Of a DNA stretch of 64,000 nt, positions 1-13,580 are shown piece by piece. Location of the stretch: the NCBI RefSeq assembly GCF_037042905.1, contig NC_087251.1, positions 2,544,001-2,608,000 of the forward strand, given 5' to 3'. Position 1 is the first letter of the stretch. Each line of letters begins with the position of its first letter. This DNA is from Lytechinus pictus (lineage: Eukaryota). Below the pieces are notes generated by a model that worked only from the letters and a program-made list of their open reading frames with translations, was not told where the DNA came from and did no database searches. Both the position numbers and the translations under genes were made by a program.

Positions 1-59
1 TTTCCCGATCAGAAAAAATATCTGGAACTGACGAACTTTGAGGCGGTCTGAAACCACCT
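1..59. mobile_element. Right end of a PIF/Harbinger-type MITE, same family as 62938-63379, cut by the window edge
   Basis: Ends ...CTGGAACTGACGAACTTTGAGGCGGTCTGAAACCACCT, nearly identical to 63343-63379. Confidence 0.8.
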
Positions 60-765
60 AAAGAGTGCCCCCTTCGGGATTTGCGCCCAGTTGTTATTAA
101 AAGAGAAGCTAGTTTTAAAAAGAATTTTAACTAATGACTTTGCAGGTCTTTTTTATTCCCTTTCATGCTACTAGATTTTAGGTGTAGATTTGATCTTTTT
201 TATTTGTTCTCTGTTTTATGTTGGTTAAAAATGGTTTAATGATTATGTTTCCTCCTGTTCTTTAATTGAGAATGGTATGAGCCAGATAGAATTACAATTT
301 TTGAAGTCACTTGAATTTGATAGTTCTTTACACTCATAATGATGTTTCTTAGCTGTAGTTATGTCAGGGCTTCTGAAACTTCAATGAATTTCTTTGACCT
401 ATAATAACACGAGAAGTTTGTAAGAATTACTATGGAAGAAAAGTAACATGAATGCTCCCTTGAAGAAAGTGTGTTTCGTGACTCATGTTGCATTTCTGGG
501 TTTAACAATGCACCCAGAAAGACTCTACTTAATTGACCTTTAAAAACTATGCAAATAATCAACTCTAACCATTGGAATTGTGTTAGTGATTTAAGAGAGT
601 ATGATTCATTGTAGGTTTCAGAAGGGTCTTATAAAGCAGATGTAAGGAAATGAAAAACTTATTTGGCAGTAAGCTTGCCAATTCTCATCTAGAAACCATT
701 TCGCTTGAATGTCTTTTCCTTCTTACCACATCAAGTTCATATTAAAAGTTACTGACCAGCTGGTT

Positions 766-1160
766 TAACTGAAATCTAATTTAGCTATGGCAGGCCATTC
801 ATACCACTTTAAGGAGAGGGGTTGACAAAAATCCCATTTAGCTATAGCAGGCCATACATACCACTTTCATGAGAGGAGAGGACTGTCTCACTTAGCTATG
901 GCAGGCCATTCATACCACTTTCACCAGAGGTATTGACTGAAATCTTGTTTAGCTATGACAAGCCATGCATACCACTTTCACCAGAGGGGCTGACTGAAAT
1001 CTTGTTTGGCTATGGCAGGCCATGCATACCACTTTCACCAGAGGGGTTGACTAAAATATTGTATAGTTTCGGCAGGCCATGCATACCATTTTCACTAGAG
1101 GGTTGACTGAAATTTCACTTAGCTATGGCAGGCCATGCATACCACTTTCACCAGAGGGGA
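766..1160. repeat. Minisatellite, ~7 copies of a ~57-bp unit
   Basis: TTAGCTATGGCAGGCCATGCATACCACTTTCACCAGAGGGGTTGACTGAAATC-type unit recurs at 781, 838, 892, 949, 1006, 1063 and 1119 (spacings 57,54,57,57,57,56). Confidence 0.95.
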
Positions 1161-1166
1161 TGATGG

Positions 1167-1413
1167 TTTTGACTGAGTAATAGAGGTTTAAACTCATTGT
1201 AGTGATCTCGTGAGGCCTAAAAATGCCAAATTCTTTTGAACGCGCAATTCTTAAGAAAATCCATTTGGGTGAACTTTGAAGCTCTATAGCAAAAAAATCA
1301 AGCACATGGGTCCATGTTAATTTGCATATTCAGAATATTCAGTTGCTAAAGTACCTATGTGCAAAGTTTGGTGAAAATGACAAGGATTTAACTTTAACCG
1401 TGGAACATGGACC
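1167..1413 (-). mobile_element. Truncated inverted copy of the left ~250 bp of the TTAA-type element at 50091-51026
   Basis: Reverse complement aligns by eye to 50091-50335 (e.g. TTTGACTGAGTAATAGAGGTTTAAA vs TTTAAACCTCTATTACTCAGTCAAA). Confidence 0.85.
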
Positions 1414-2992
1414 TCGCAACTCTCTGTGTGAACTATCTGAACTTTACCTCAATGTCCAAAATAATTGTGAAGAAGTGTATAGAAACCTTGGATATTACAA
1501 TTAATTAAAAATACATTTGATCTTAGTTTTGTATGTGATATCTGATATGCTTGCCTCTCAAGAGGTATACTGACCAGATAAAGATCAGTAGTGATCTACT
1601 TTTATTCTTGATCAATCATAAATCCATATCATTCTAGACATACTCCCTAAATTTCATAGATCTAATGTGTCTAGTTGATCTCTGCATTTAGGTTTGAACT
1701 CCAAAAGAGTTTTTTCAAAGTTTAAAGATTATAAAGAGTTCCACTGATAACTTTATATGCACAGCGAAATATAGATTCATTTTGAATGTATTCATTAAAT
1801 AAAAGTAAGATTTAATGAGGTACTCAAAAGGGGAAGCAGGCCTATGTGCAAAACACTAAAATATTTGTTAAATTGTAAATATTGAGAAAATTGTCTCTAA
1901 ACATTTTGATAAGTGAGCGTGAACGCACCTTTCCTTATATGTGCCTGTGTGTTTATCTTCTACAATTAGTTGATAACAGACCGAAGAATTGACTCATGTT
2001 GTGTTGTTAAACTTGGCTGTCCCATCGGTCGAGTTAATTCACTGTCAAAATGTATGTCAATAGATGAAAAGAGATGCCTGTTGCTGTGTTTTGAATGCCA
2101 GACTGACTATTATTTCATTTCAGTCAATTAGGAGGAAAAAACCAGACTAATTCTGTTACACATAATTTTGGCCAAGTGCAAGTATTTTGTTTGTCTATCT
2201 TTGACTCTCTGGTGACTGTGGTTTGCTTCTTACGTCACAAGAGTTAGGTAGTCAACTTGCCCTAATTATCAGCATTAACACTCTTTATGATCCATATAAA
2301 AAGCATTACTTTTTTAACTTCCCACCCTCCTCCTCCCACATAAATCAAAGCTGCAATACTTAATTCCTTTATTTTATTTTTTATTTGCACAATGATAATC
2401 GTATTTGAAATATTTTATTCGGTATTCCTTTTCCTCCTGTACAGAACTTGTAGCAGAGTAAGAAGATTTTAAACAATGAATGATATAACATTTATGTTTT
2501 TTTTTATTGGTAACCAGTCATTGCAAACCAAATATGTTGTTGTTGTTTTAGCTTATACGGCGCGTATCATTCATTAGTGAATATTTGCGCCAGATATAAA
2601 ACTTGTACCAATTGTAGTCTTGTCTCCATGCACCTTGTACCTTTTTTAACTAGTTCATAAGGATAGATAAATCAAGAAAAATGAACCAAAATTTAATGTA
2701 AACTTAGAAAGTTGTCATTTCAGAGTTATGCTTATTTCACAACACAGTGTAAGTCAAGAAAAAATACACCTCAATTCCCCCATCGAAGAAAATAAGACCC
2801 TGAACACAAAATTATTATAATTATATTACCAGAAATAGTATCTTCTTTCAAGTACTTTGATACCATATTAATGTGGTATATGATTAAATGGGGTATATGG
2901 AAAAAAACATACAAATGTATAAGCACTGTATAAGAAACTAAGAGTGTGATTAATGATCAAATGTAGATGGAATTTTTTGTTTGTACATACAG

Positions 2993-3074
2993 GAAACTAT
3001 CTTGATAGGACATCTGATGGAGGCAAGATGGTTTCCATGACAACCTATATGAAAGGATGCTCTTCACTGTTGAG
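2993..3074 (+). CDS. Candidate 82-nt exon, possibly with a start codon at 3028 (MVSMTTYMKGCSSLL..); product unknown
   Basis: Acceptor TTTTTTGTTTGTACATACAG|G, donor GAG|GTAAGA, one of three frames open, ATG in AAGATGG context. No homology recognised. Confidence 0.3.
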
Positions 3075-6000
3075 GTAAGATAGATACTGATTTTGATAGC
3101 ATAGAACCCTACAGGATCCTTCTTAGTTATAACTGTTCACTGCATGCTTTGTATAGACATGTATTGTTGCCATAGCGATCAAGAACAACATATATTAGAC
3201 CAATAGAACGATTGAGAGGAAAGAACACAAACTGTATAACATAAAAAGATATATTTTCTGTAATTTCCACTAAATCCGCTTTTTCTGGTTTAGGTAATTG
3301 GAATTGGAAAGGTGAAAAATTATGTTTCATTTATTTTGAAATTAATTTGATTTAATAAGTTTTATTTTGCATTCAGATAGGTAAAATAGATTTCTATAAC
3401 ATAAAGAAGAAAATAATTTTACTACATATTACTGATGTATTCTATTAGAGAATGATAAAGACCTCAAATTTCATGCCTTAAAGGTACAACCAGGTCAAAT
3501 TTATATCTTGTATGGACAGCCAGCAATGACAAACTTTGTCAGCAAGATAGCATATATACTCCCTTTGCAAATGGCAATGAGAATATTGATCACCTATCTC
3601 TCAAGACTCAGTCTGTTCATGAGATGAGTTATGGTGTTGCTGGCTCTCCATAGATGTGATAGCTTTAAATCAATTGCACTTTTTAGATATTTTTAGATAA
3701 CTTTTTAGGTCTTTGATCTTGTGGTTATAAAGGTGTCCAACAAAGCACCAACCAGGTGTTAATAGACTTCCTACCCTCCAGTTCACACTAAACATGATGA
3801 AATATCCATGTCACAATATCCTGTGTTATGAAATGACTTAACCTGTTAGTCCGTATGCGTGAATTTTACGAAATCATGAATAAAAAGTACTTTCACTACT
3901 CTTCTTCTGCATATTCCCTTATTACAGTACTTACAGGAGGGTGGTGTGCCCCTACAATCATTTGTCACCTTTGGGTCACGGTCCGCCACCGATAGCAAGT
4001 ATGCTGTTGTATGTGCTATGTACCACAGTACAGGAGCATGCTTAATTTGCATGAGGTGCCACCCCCCCCCCCCCCCAGTACTATCGGTGTTTTTACAAAA
4101 CTGTGTTACTGACTCTTTAGGTGGCTGAATACCATGTTGAGATACCCAGCATATCCTCACAGAGTGAGCTCAATAGCTCTATGATTCAATCATTCCTTTC
4201 ATGTCTTCATAATAACAGGTGCATCAATGGGTGGGACCACACTTGCCTTTATAATCCTGAGCTCCAAACCCTAGATGATGGAATTTTTCTCAAGTACTAT
4301 CCCATTCTGTCTCGATATGATATTAATGACTCATAAAGCATTGAATTGCATTCCACAAAATTGCCATATTTTCTAATACTTCCTCATTACCTGTTGTTTG
4401 GTTCATATTGTTTCTATTTGAAGGAAATAACATGGATCATATTGCATTTTATTGGTGTTTTCAAACATCAAGTGCAGTTTGCAATCAAGGAAAGAAGTGG
4501 ATAATATAACATGGTTTAAAGGCAGTTTAATTCTGCATTATGTATAAGTTTTATAAGTGAAATAGCAATACGACTTTCGACAAAGCGATGCTTTTTGCTG
4601 CATACTTTAAAGTTTATCAATACACAGTTGTACCCAGCATTAAGAAACCATTTTTCAGAAAGCAGGGGAGGTACAAAATAAAGACTTAAAAAATTGATGA
4701 GATGCCCCCCCCCCCCTGTAATCAAACAGTTTGATGAATGTAATAGATATTTGATTTCACACAAACTTATTAAGTCCAAGTGAAAATTTGTTGACAAGTG
4801 GAAAAGGAAAAGCAAAACATACAAGCTTGCAGAGAGAGAGAGTGAGGGAAGAAGTAGTAGTGTTTCTTATCTGTTGAACTCTTCAACTGTTCTTAGGAAT
4901 CATTTAAACTTTTGAAGGGGTAGATTATTGGTAAATATTATTTTGCACCTTTAAAATACAAGTAAATGCAAAACCATGTTCATAGATAATATGGTGAAGA
5001 AAAAGAGAAAAGAACATAACAGTTTATTATATGGCACATGTTTTGAGGTTTTCACCTCATCATCTTTTCCTTATTTTCGTCTTTAATTTGTCGTTCTTTT
5101 GGAAGAAAGAGAAAAGAAAAGAAAGTTGAATGAATCAGGAACAATGAGGAAGGTTGATTTAATGACTTATTAATGATCTAGTATGGTGTCATGATCTAAC
5201 ATATTAGAAGTAATTATGGATTAAATTTAATGATTATTGGCTGAAAAGAAGGAAGGAAAGTTAGCAGGAAACAGGAAGATATGAATCAAGATCATGCAGG
5301 CTCAGAATATTGAAACTATTATCACCCACAGGCTATATAGGTGTGATGTCACATTCACAAACTCCAGCAGTTCAAATAAATTTATATAGCAAAAGCATAT
5401 AGAGAAGGTAGTGCTAGAAGCATTTATCAAGCAGGAAGTTATGATTCAGAGATCATTGTACTTTAGGTGTGAAACGCCAACGTATTACCAAGAGGCAGTT
5501 TCATTCTAAGAAATAGTTACAATGAGAGTGTATCAAATTATGCAATATTAAATCTGTTTCCTTATTTCTTTGAATGACGTTAAATAAGACATCAATCACG
5601 ACCAAGAAATTAGATTGTGGGTGTTTGATTATGACAAACTGCACCTGTTTCTGCTCTTTCTATATTCACATTGCCCCAAAACTTTTTTTTTTTAAATCTC
5701 ATCTTCTATTGTTTTTCTTTCTTGACAAAGTTTATTTTCAAAGGGAAATCCATCATTGTCTTCATCAAAATAAATTAGGGAAAAAACTATAAAAGAAGTG
5801 AAAATCAAATAACAAATAGCATTCCTGGTTTATCTTAATGATAGATTTTTAGACAAAAGTAGCTAGAAATGTTTGTCAAAGTTTGAATTGTCCCTTTTCA
5901 TTCCCTTATTCAGGGCTGTCTCTATTAAATAAGGACTTGAGCATGATAGTTCAATAATTAAACATTTGTGTCAAAACATGAAAAGGCTAATATGCTGTAA

Positions 6001-7253
6001 GGGACCTATAAATGTGCTCTCACAAAGTTTCAAAGATATTATTTTTTAGATATTTCATTAAATATCTTTCACTGAACTCTGTAAACAATAGAATGTTATA
6101 TCAAATCATCATGAAATTTCTTTTTCAATATCTGGAAATCAGTTGTAGAAAAGTTGATCCAGAACATATTTTTGTAACAATTCAGTAAAATTACCGCTAT
6201 TAGATACTATGCAATAATCTTACAAAGTGTTTTAAACCATTCATATATCATTTTTCAGGTTGAATCATTCCCTTAAACTCTTTTCTTTTTCTTCGCTGAG
6301 AATATAATTTATTTTAGAGGTATACCCCATGCAGGGCCCACCTCCCATTGACCTGCTTGATACTGTCAAATTCAATCACATCATCAATTGGGTTACCATT
6401 GTTAAACAACCTTGTTAGATTCTCTTCATAAACCACTTTCTACTCTAGTATTGTTCTTTCTCTCTCTGGATTCATTTATCCTTTCCATTTTCAGGCCCAA
6501 AACATTTCTCATTTTCTTTTTAAAACAGATCACATTGTAAACTTGCAAAAAGGTATATTTATGATTGGTGCATCTGTAAAAAGACAGCTACTGGGGAAGC
6601 ATAAACACAACATAAATGCCAAATGCATTCAAATGATGTCATTATGAACATGTTTCTGGTATGATAAAGAGTGCATTCATAAGAAAAGAATTCTCATTTT
6701 GAAAAAAAATCAGTGCTAGTTAGTGAGTATTCCACATGAATGATTCTCTTATACCTTCTAAATACCAACCAATATGAACTTTTGAGGTCACCTTGGAGTG
6801 AAGTGTAGAACTAGATTTATTTTGGTAAAATTGAGGATTTTCTTGCGTGGTTATTGCATCAATTCTAAAATGAAAGTTTTGTGGGATTGATGGTTGAGTA
6901 ATGAGGTTGATTGAATCATGGATCCTACTAGAACTTCATGATTGTATAAAAACAAAGATTCTAAATGGGTATAAAGGAGTACAATGATTTTTTTCCAAAG
7001 TTTTATTCCTATTGAATCCATTTCCATGAAGAAAATTAAGGTTGTTAAAAGTTCTAGATTATCACTATTTTTTTATGAAAGATTCATCCTTTGTGGTTGT
7101 GATGTTACCATAATATTGATATTTTATTCAATAAGAAATTATTGCAATATCTGAATCCAATATTTCTTTAAGTTTAAATAGAATTATCAGAATATACGTT
7201 GATTTGCTTGACCTCTGCCAAGTAATTTATCACAAGTTTTGTATGTAGACTTG

Positions 7254-8788
7254 ATATCATCGGCTTTCCGCAAGAAGGGACTTAGCACGCACGTGCGCAA
7301 AACGTATATATTTTTGTCTCGCCTGCATAGCAGAGCGAGACTATAGGCGCCGCTTTTCCGACGGCGGCGGCGTCAACATCAAATCTTAACCTAAGGTTAA
7401 GTTTTTGAAATGACATAACTTAGAAAGTCTATGGACCTAGTTCATGAAACTTAGACATAAGGTTAATCAAGTATTACTGAACATCCTGCCTGAGTTTCAG
7501 GTCACATGACCAAGGTCAAAGGTCATTTAGGGTCAATGAACTTTGACCATGTTGGGGGTATTTGTTGAATTACCATCATAACTTTGAAAATTTATAGATC
7601 TAGTTCATGAAACTTGGACATTAGGTTAATCAAGTACCACTGAATATCCTGTGAGAGTTACAGGTCACATGACCATGCTCAATGGTCATTTAAGGTCAAT
7701 GAACTTTGGCCGTGTTGGGGGTATTTGTTAAATTACCATCCTAACTCTGAAAGTTTACGGATCTAGTTCATAAAACTTGGCCATAAGAGTAATCAAGTAT
7801 CACTGAACATCCTGTACGAGTTTCAGGTCACATGACCATGGTCAAAGGTCAATGAACTTTGGCCGTGTTGGGGTATTTGTTGAATTACCATCGTAACTCT
7901 GAAAGTTTATGGATCTAGTTCATAAAACTTTGGATATAAGAGTAATCAATTATCACTGAACATCCCCTGTGAGTTTCAGGTCACAAAACCAAGGTCAAAG
8001 GTCAGTTAAGGTCAATAAACTTAGGCCATGTTGGGGTAATTGTTGAATTGCCATCATAACTTTGAAAGTTTATAGATAAAGTGAATGAAACGTGGACATG
8101 GGTGTAGTTGACAAGTCTTAAGTCACCGTTCAAATGTCATTTATGGTCAATGAACGTGGTATTATGTCATTATATGAATGGTGTTTTTGTGAATGATTAT
8201 TTTATAGTAGTTTTCAAATGCAGGCGAGACTGCCAGTGGCGTTCCACTTGTTTAGAAAACACAAATTATGTTTTGACCTTATTTTTGTGCTTTTAGCAGA
8301 TGGTGTATTATCATCTGTCCTAAATTTCAATTTTCTGACAAAGCAAGATTTTTTTCTTCATTGATATTTTGTGATTTTATTTCAAACACTCTATAAACGC
8401 TTTCTAATCTTAAGAATGAATACCATACGCTCTTTTTCCGAGAACAAAAATATGCAATCCGCTGATCAAGATCAAGAAAAGACGTGAATGCGTAATCCAG
8501 TTCTCAGAGAAAGACCACTAGCGCGAATCGGTCTATACGCGTAAGGACGTTGAACCAAGAACTGTCTTTTTTCCAGGAACGAAATGCGCGATCCAGTTCC
8601 CAGAGAAAGGACGCATCTATGTGCGGAAAGCACGTTGGAATGTTTTTGCTTATTACTTCATAATGATGTCATATTTAGGTTCGAGAAGGTACCAGAAAAA
8701 GTTTGTGACATGCTTTTTCCATTTGAGCAATAAAAAACAATTGAAAGAAAATATTGATAAGTCCCTTCTTGCGGGAAGCCGACGATAT
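7254..8788. mobile_element. Non-autonomous TIR element (~30-bp TIRs) interrupted by a HINE-like insertion
   Basis: ATATCATCGGCTTTCCGCAAGAAGGGACTTA at the left and TAAGTCCCTTCTTGCGGGAAGCCGACGATAT at the right are inverted repeats with 2 mismatches; CpG-rich interior at 8390-8640. Confidence 0.85.
7311..8253 (+). mobile_element. Non-autonomous Helentron/HINE (DINE-1/pearl-like) element with internal ~163-bp tandem array
   Basis: T-run then GTCTCGCCTGCA subTIR, nearby inverted GCAGAGCGAGAC, (GGC)n, array with GTCACA at 7501/7664/7827/7980, 3' subTIR TGCAGGCGAGAC, terminal hairpin AGTGG-CGTT-CCACT, then T-run; no TSD. Confidence 0.85.
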
Positions 8789-9960
8789 ACTGTTGGTTAT
8801 AACACTTTTACACCAATGATTAAACTCCATGATTAGATAACATGAATGGAAGCAGAGTGTTAGACATTTTTGTTTTAGTCTACATCTATATGCATCTCTT
8901 TGATCTTTAATTCATTCTTGAATGTCATTGTTTTGCTTACTAAATCACTCTTAGAAAGATTACACCTTACCTTTTCCGTCATTTCCCCCCCCCCCCTTTT
9001 TTTCTCAATTTGTGGCAATTTTCTCATCTATCCATCCATCTCCAACTGTTAGGTAGTAAATAGGGTGATTAGATATAACCACCTGCTGAGAGTGAGTAAG
9101 TAAAGATTTTAATATCATGACCACATACACAGATATAGATAACTGATATTCATTGACACCCTAAATAATAAATTGATGAATCATGACTTGAACCATTTCC
9201 CTCTTTTGGCTTGGCAGAGGGCTATTGGGAGGGAAACCATAGTAAACCATTCATCCTAGTAAAGGAAATGTGGAAAGGGATTAAGAGGATTAGGCCAAAT
9301 CAAAGAAGTAAATCCAACTTAATCTGTTGTTCCACAAAGCAGGATTCGTATGGAGTATGAGTAGCCAAAGATGTAGAATGGCAAGACAATATTTTTGTTT
9401 GTATGAATGAAATAATGGTTGATTGCCAAGATAATGGATTTGTAGTGGCTTTCACAAGTTCAATAACCAGTCAGTGACCAGGGCCTTGCCTTACAAAGAG
9501 TTGTGAATGATCCATTTGATCAACACTACGGAAATTCATCGGTCCCAACATATACTGCATCAAAATTATTTGTTCACAGTTATAATGTCACACTTGCAAA
9601 GTTTTCCTTAAAGAAAAGAGTGACTTTGAGCCTTATTAAGCTTTTTAAATTCCATTTATTTATAAAGTCATGAATTTGGAAGAATTTTCACCTCATAATG
9701 TAATGTTTGTAAATACATGAAAAGATTCTATGATATAGGCCATGAGATGAAAGCTTTTTGAATTACATTGGTCATTTTATTAATGTAAACATCTGATTTC
9801 TGAAGCATGACAATCCATATAAGAACACTCTTAAAGAGATTCATCTTTGTAAGATATGAAAGTAGAAATTCAGTAAAATTCTATTATATAATATATAGAA
9901 ATCTCAACAGAGTGAAAATCTGAATTATTTATTCAGTCAAGGTCTCCGTGTAAGGCTCAA

Positions 9961-10132
9961 AGCCTCAGGGCCACAGGACCTGGAGAGGGAGCAACTGGAC
10001 TGGGGTCATTTTTCCATTTTTTTTTTTATATATGCGTACAAAATGTAAATATGATCATTAATTCTGATGGTGAGTTGTTATTGTTGGTCAGTCCCCCCCC
10101 CCTCATAAAACCGTTCCATGGACCCTGAGGCT
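9961..10132. mobile_element. Decayed short MITE
   Basis: AGCCTCAGGGCCACAGGA ... TCCATGGACCCTGAGGCT terminal inverted repeats, poly-C near the right end. Confidence 0.5.
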
Positions 10133-10979
10133 GGTTGTAATCATCACTTTATTCCCAGATAAAATAATAATTTTTTTGTTTAAAGCTTTACCAATATCCA
10201 AAGTTATTTGTTTGGCAAGTTTATGGACAATTAAAGTATATAATGGTGAATTCATTATATACTCAGTGAAAAGTAATTTTTGGGAAGATTACTGATTTTT
10301 TCTTCATAATGATGAAAATCAATTTTCACTTATTTTTCTTGAATACCTGGCTAATTGAATGCCTTCTTATTCGGATTCCCTGCTTTCTTCCTTTCAGAGC
10401 AAAAGATGGAATCATAGTTATTAGCTACCAAATCTAGTGTTCAAAAGTTTTGCTGTTTGTTAATTATTCTCTCACTCTGCTGATTCTTAGAATTCATGAA
10501 TGAACTGTGATCCAAACTTCAACTCTTTCAATTTTTTTTCTCATTAAAGCCACTGAGCTCTTCTACGAAATAGGTCTGTTTCTTTAGTCTATAATGTGTC
10601 AAATTCAAGTAAAAAACTTGATCTTTAGATAAAACAAACCCACAGAAAAAATACTATGTAGGGTCAGACTCCCAAACCCTCACCTTAAATGCAGCTCAAC
10701 CAATGATTTAAATGTAAACATAAATATTTTAAAAACCTATATACAGCAATCTCTGAGTCAGTTCATTTTGTTCCTGCAAAATACAATAGAAACATAAGCA
10801 CAACAATTTACTCTGAAAAATAATCCTAATGTCCATCTTGCAAGTTAATTCAATTATGAGTTTTTAAGCATCAGCCACCATTGTAAAGTGGAGGGTAACC
10901 TGCAAGTCTCCTGTAAAAACAAGTTACTGGATTTTTTTTTAAGTCTGTGATGACATCAGTCGGCCATCTTACATCCATT

Positions 10980-11150
10980 TTCTCTGGGCCATGCATGTCT
11001 TGATGACAGATCCTTGCATTGCATGAAGGCTTCAACTTGAGAGAATCCTGGCCCCATCTTTCTACCTCATGTGCCAGGTGTTGTGTATTATCCTGCTGGT
11101 TCCTTCTGGTAGTCCCATGTGTAGGTTTTCTTGTGAGTAGTCTGAGAGAA
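10980..11150 (-). mobile_element. Possible decayed 3' end of an RTE-clade LINE ORF
   Basis: Minus strand reads ..LPEGTSR-IIH-NTW.., resembling the RTE C-terminal W-x-PEGxRxRGRPxxTW motif; stops and frameshifts present. Confidence 0.4.
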
Positions 11151-11629
11151 GATTAATCAGTCCAAACCACACCTTTGATTTTTACCTCAGCTTTGATTTA
11201 TTTTTATCCAAGTCTCTATGGTCTACAGCCTGGCACATGTAAGGATTTGGTGATATATAGAGAAAAAATTGAAAAATTCATCAAACTTTATTCACATCAT
11301 TCTTGTTGATTAGAGTGCTGTTGTTATCATTAATAAATCTAGACTCGAAAATAAAAAGCATGACAAGATATTATGAGCAAGTCCTCCTGATCATGCTAAA
11401 ATGGGATTATCACTTATTTTTTCTCCAACAATTGGTCAATCTTCAATTACAGTTCTGACTTACTTGAAATCTTAAATTCATATTGCATTTGCACAGTCAT
11501 AGACAATTTATTTTTCAACACATTTTTTTGCAAATTTAATACTTTCTAAGTTTCTTTATGACGGTACATTTACAATTAATGCCACAAAATATAGAGTACC
11601 CTTCCAAAAGATGTTAAAATATCTCTTAA

Positions 11630-12017
11630 ATGGGAAGTTCACTTTTATGCATATTTGGTTTTATTAAAAGCAGAACAACATTAGAAACTTATTGAAGGTT
11701 TGGCAAAATTTTCAAAATTTTAATTTGTGGTGTCATGTGTAAGCATTTCCCTATATAATAAGGCAAATGAAATTCTATGGAAAGAATTTTAACCTGTGTA
11801 TTTATATAGCATCAGATAATCATTTCATATGTTTTCAGTCAAGAACATCCATGAAAAAAAAAATGAAAATTTATAAATTTTATATTACATGAAATATGGA
11901 GCAACTGCTCACATATGAAGCCATAAAGCCATTACTTTCAAAAATAACAAAGCTATTTATGCATAAGGACTTTTGTCATATCCTCACAAATATTTTCAAT
12001 TATTTTTCTGTTTGTTT

Positions 12018-12054
<37 letters not shown>

Positions 12055-12073
12055 GACTAGGGTGAGCTTCCCT
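11630..12073. mobile_element. Old TTAA-type (Kolobok-like) MITE containing a (TA)n tract at ~12018-12053
   Basis: TTAA-ATGGGAAGTTCAC ... GGGTGAGCTTCCCT termini; related 5' end TTAA-AGGGGAAGTTCACCC at 19909. Confidence 0.55.
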
Positions 12074-13308
12074 TTGATGTGGCCAAATGTGTAACATGTC
12101 TATTTTTTAATGACATTGCAGAATTGAAAGAAGAGCTATGAATCAGTCTAGCTAGATATATTTTGTATATAATCAATCTTTGCCTAATTTCCCTATTAAA
12201 ATTATCATTTTGATAATCTAAACAATATTGTCTGTGATATGTTCAGCTTCATGTCACCTGTTGCTACAACCTGTTCATTCCATGCTAGAATAGGACAAGC
12301 GCCATCTGTTGTTGGGGTCATGTACAGGTATGTAATTCATGCCATCATTGTTTATTTATAGGAATGTCTGCCTGTTAGAATCTGCAAGTGGGCAGTCTGT
12401 GGATTGCAATATGTAGTCTAGATCATTCAGACCCATTGATGTGTGACTGTGATACTAGTATGATGTTTTCAAGACGTAATGAGATTGATGTGTATAGGGT
12501 AATAGGCCAACATGATAAGCCTGTTGACAATTAGATTATTTCATTCCCATAGGATTTGTACAGGGACTTCTTGATTCCTGTAGTTAAATGCATTAGATCT
12601 TTGTCCAGATTTTTGAAACTGTTCAATTATGGAAGATAGCAGTGTGATTTTAAAAAGTTTGTGTGCATCAGTTGGCCTATCCTTTACCGTACACATTTCA
12701 TCCATTAGGCCCATAGCTTTCAGATGTGGGATATGACTTTTTCTTTAGAACTTTCATTATACAACACTGATGTAATAAGGTGAAGAAGGATGAATACATA
12801 CCCACTAATTGGTGCCAACTCACGGTCATGTTAGAGTGTTTCTACAACCTTCTTCAAAGCTATATATATATAACAATACAAGTTTAGTGACCAGCAAACA
12901 GTATGATGTAGTTATGACTTGTTTAAAAAGAACCCCCTCTGAGAATTGCTTTTTTATCAGTGTAATTGGCATTGTAAATGATGTTTAGGTGAAAAGTGGA
13001 TGTTACTAGAACAAAACGAAAATCAGTTATCAAAGGAAACAACATATCTGCAGGGGGTCATTTATTAAGGGGAGGGGGGGGGCTAGGATTCATTCGGTAT
13101 ACTTTGAAGTTGGTTCTGCCTCATAATCAAGTAATGAGAGTAATCTCTACTCATTTCCAAAATAGAGAATATACTCCTGAATTTGGGCATTAACGTTGAG
13201 CAAACCTTTCTTTTTTCTTGCCATAATTATATTCTAATTTTCTAATGAAGCAATGAGCATCAAGATTGACTAGATAAATACAACTTTTGAAAACTTCTGG
13301 AACTTTTA

Positions 13309-13580
13309 GGCCCAAATTCACAAAGGTGTTTTTAAAACCATCGGTTATTCATGAGTCCACTGTTTGAAGAGTGGACTCATTAATTCAAAACAGTGGACTC
13401 ATGAATAAAATAGCATGGATAACCATGGCAACAGGCATCAATTTGGCACACTGACAAAAGCGCACATCAGCATTGGAATTTTTTAATATACGCGGTAAAT
13501 AAGCGTAATTTATACAGGAAATCTTCATAAACCATGGGTTCAACCAATGGTTTTAAAAACCACCTTTGTGAATTTGGGCC
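13309..13580. mobile_element. MITE with ~35-bp TIRs and an internal hairpin
   Basis: GGCCCAAATTCACAAAGGTG.. / ..CACCTTTGTGAATTTGGGCC; internal inverted repeat TTATTCATGAGTCCACTGTTT / AAACAGTGGACTCATGAATAA at 13345-13408. Confidence 0.9.

Noticed and set aside
766..1160. 57-bp array as a CRISPR array or 19-aa coding repeat
   Set aside because: Units are homologous over their whole length, so there are no unique spacers. The one near-open plus-strand frame has TAA/TGA in units 1-2 and a frameshift in the last unit.
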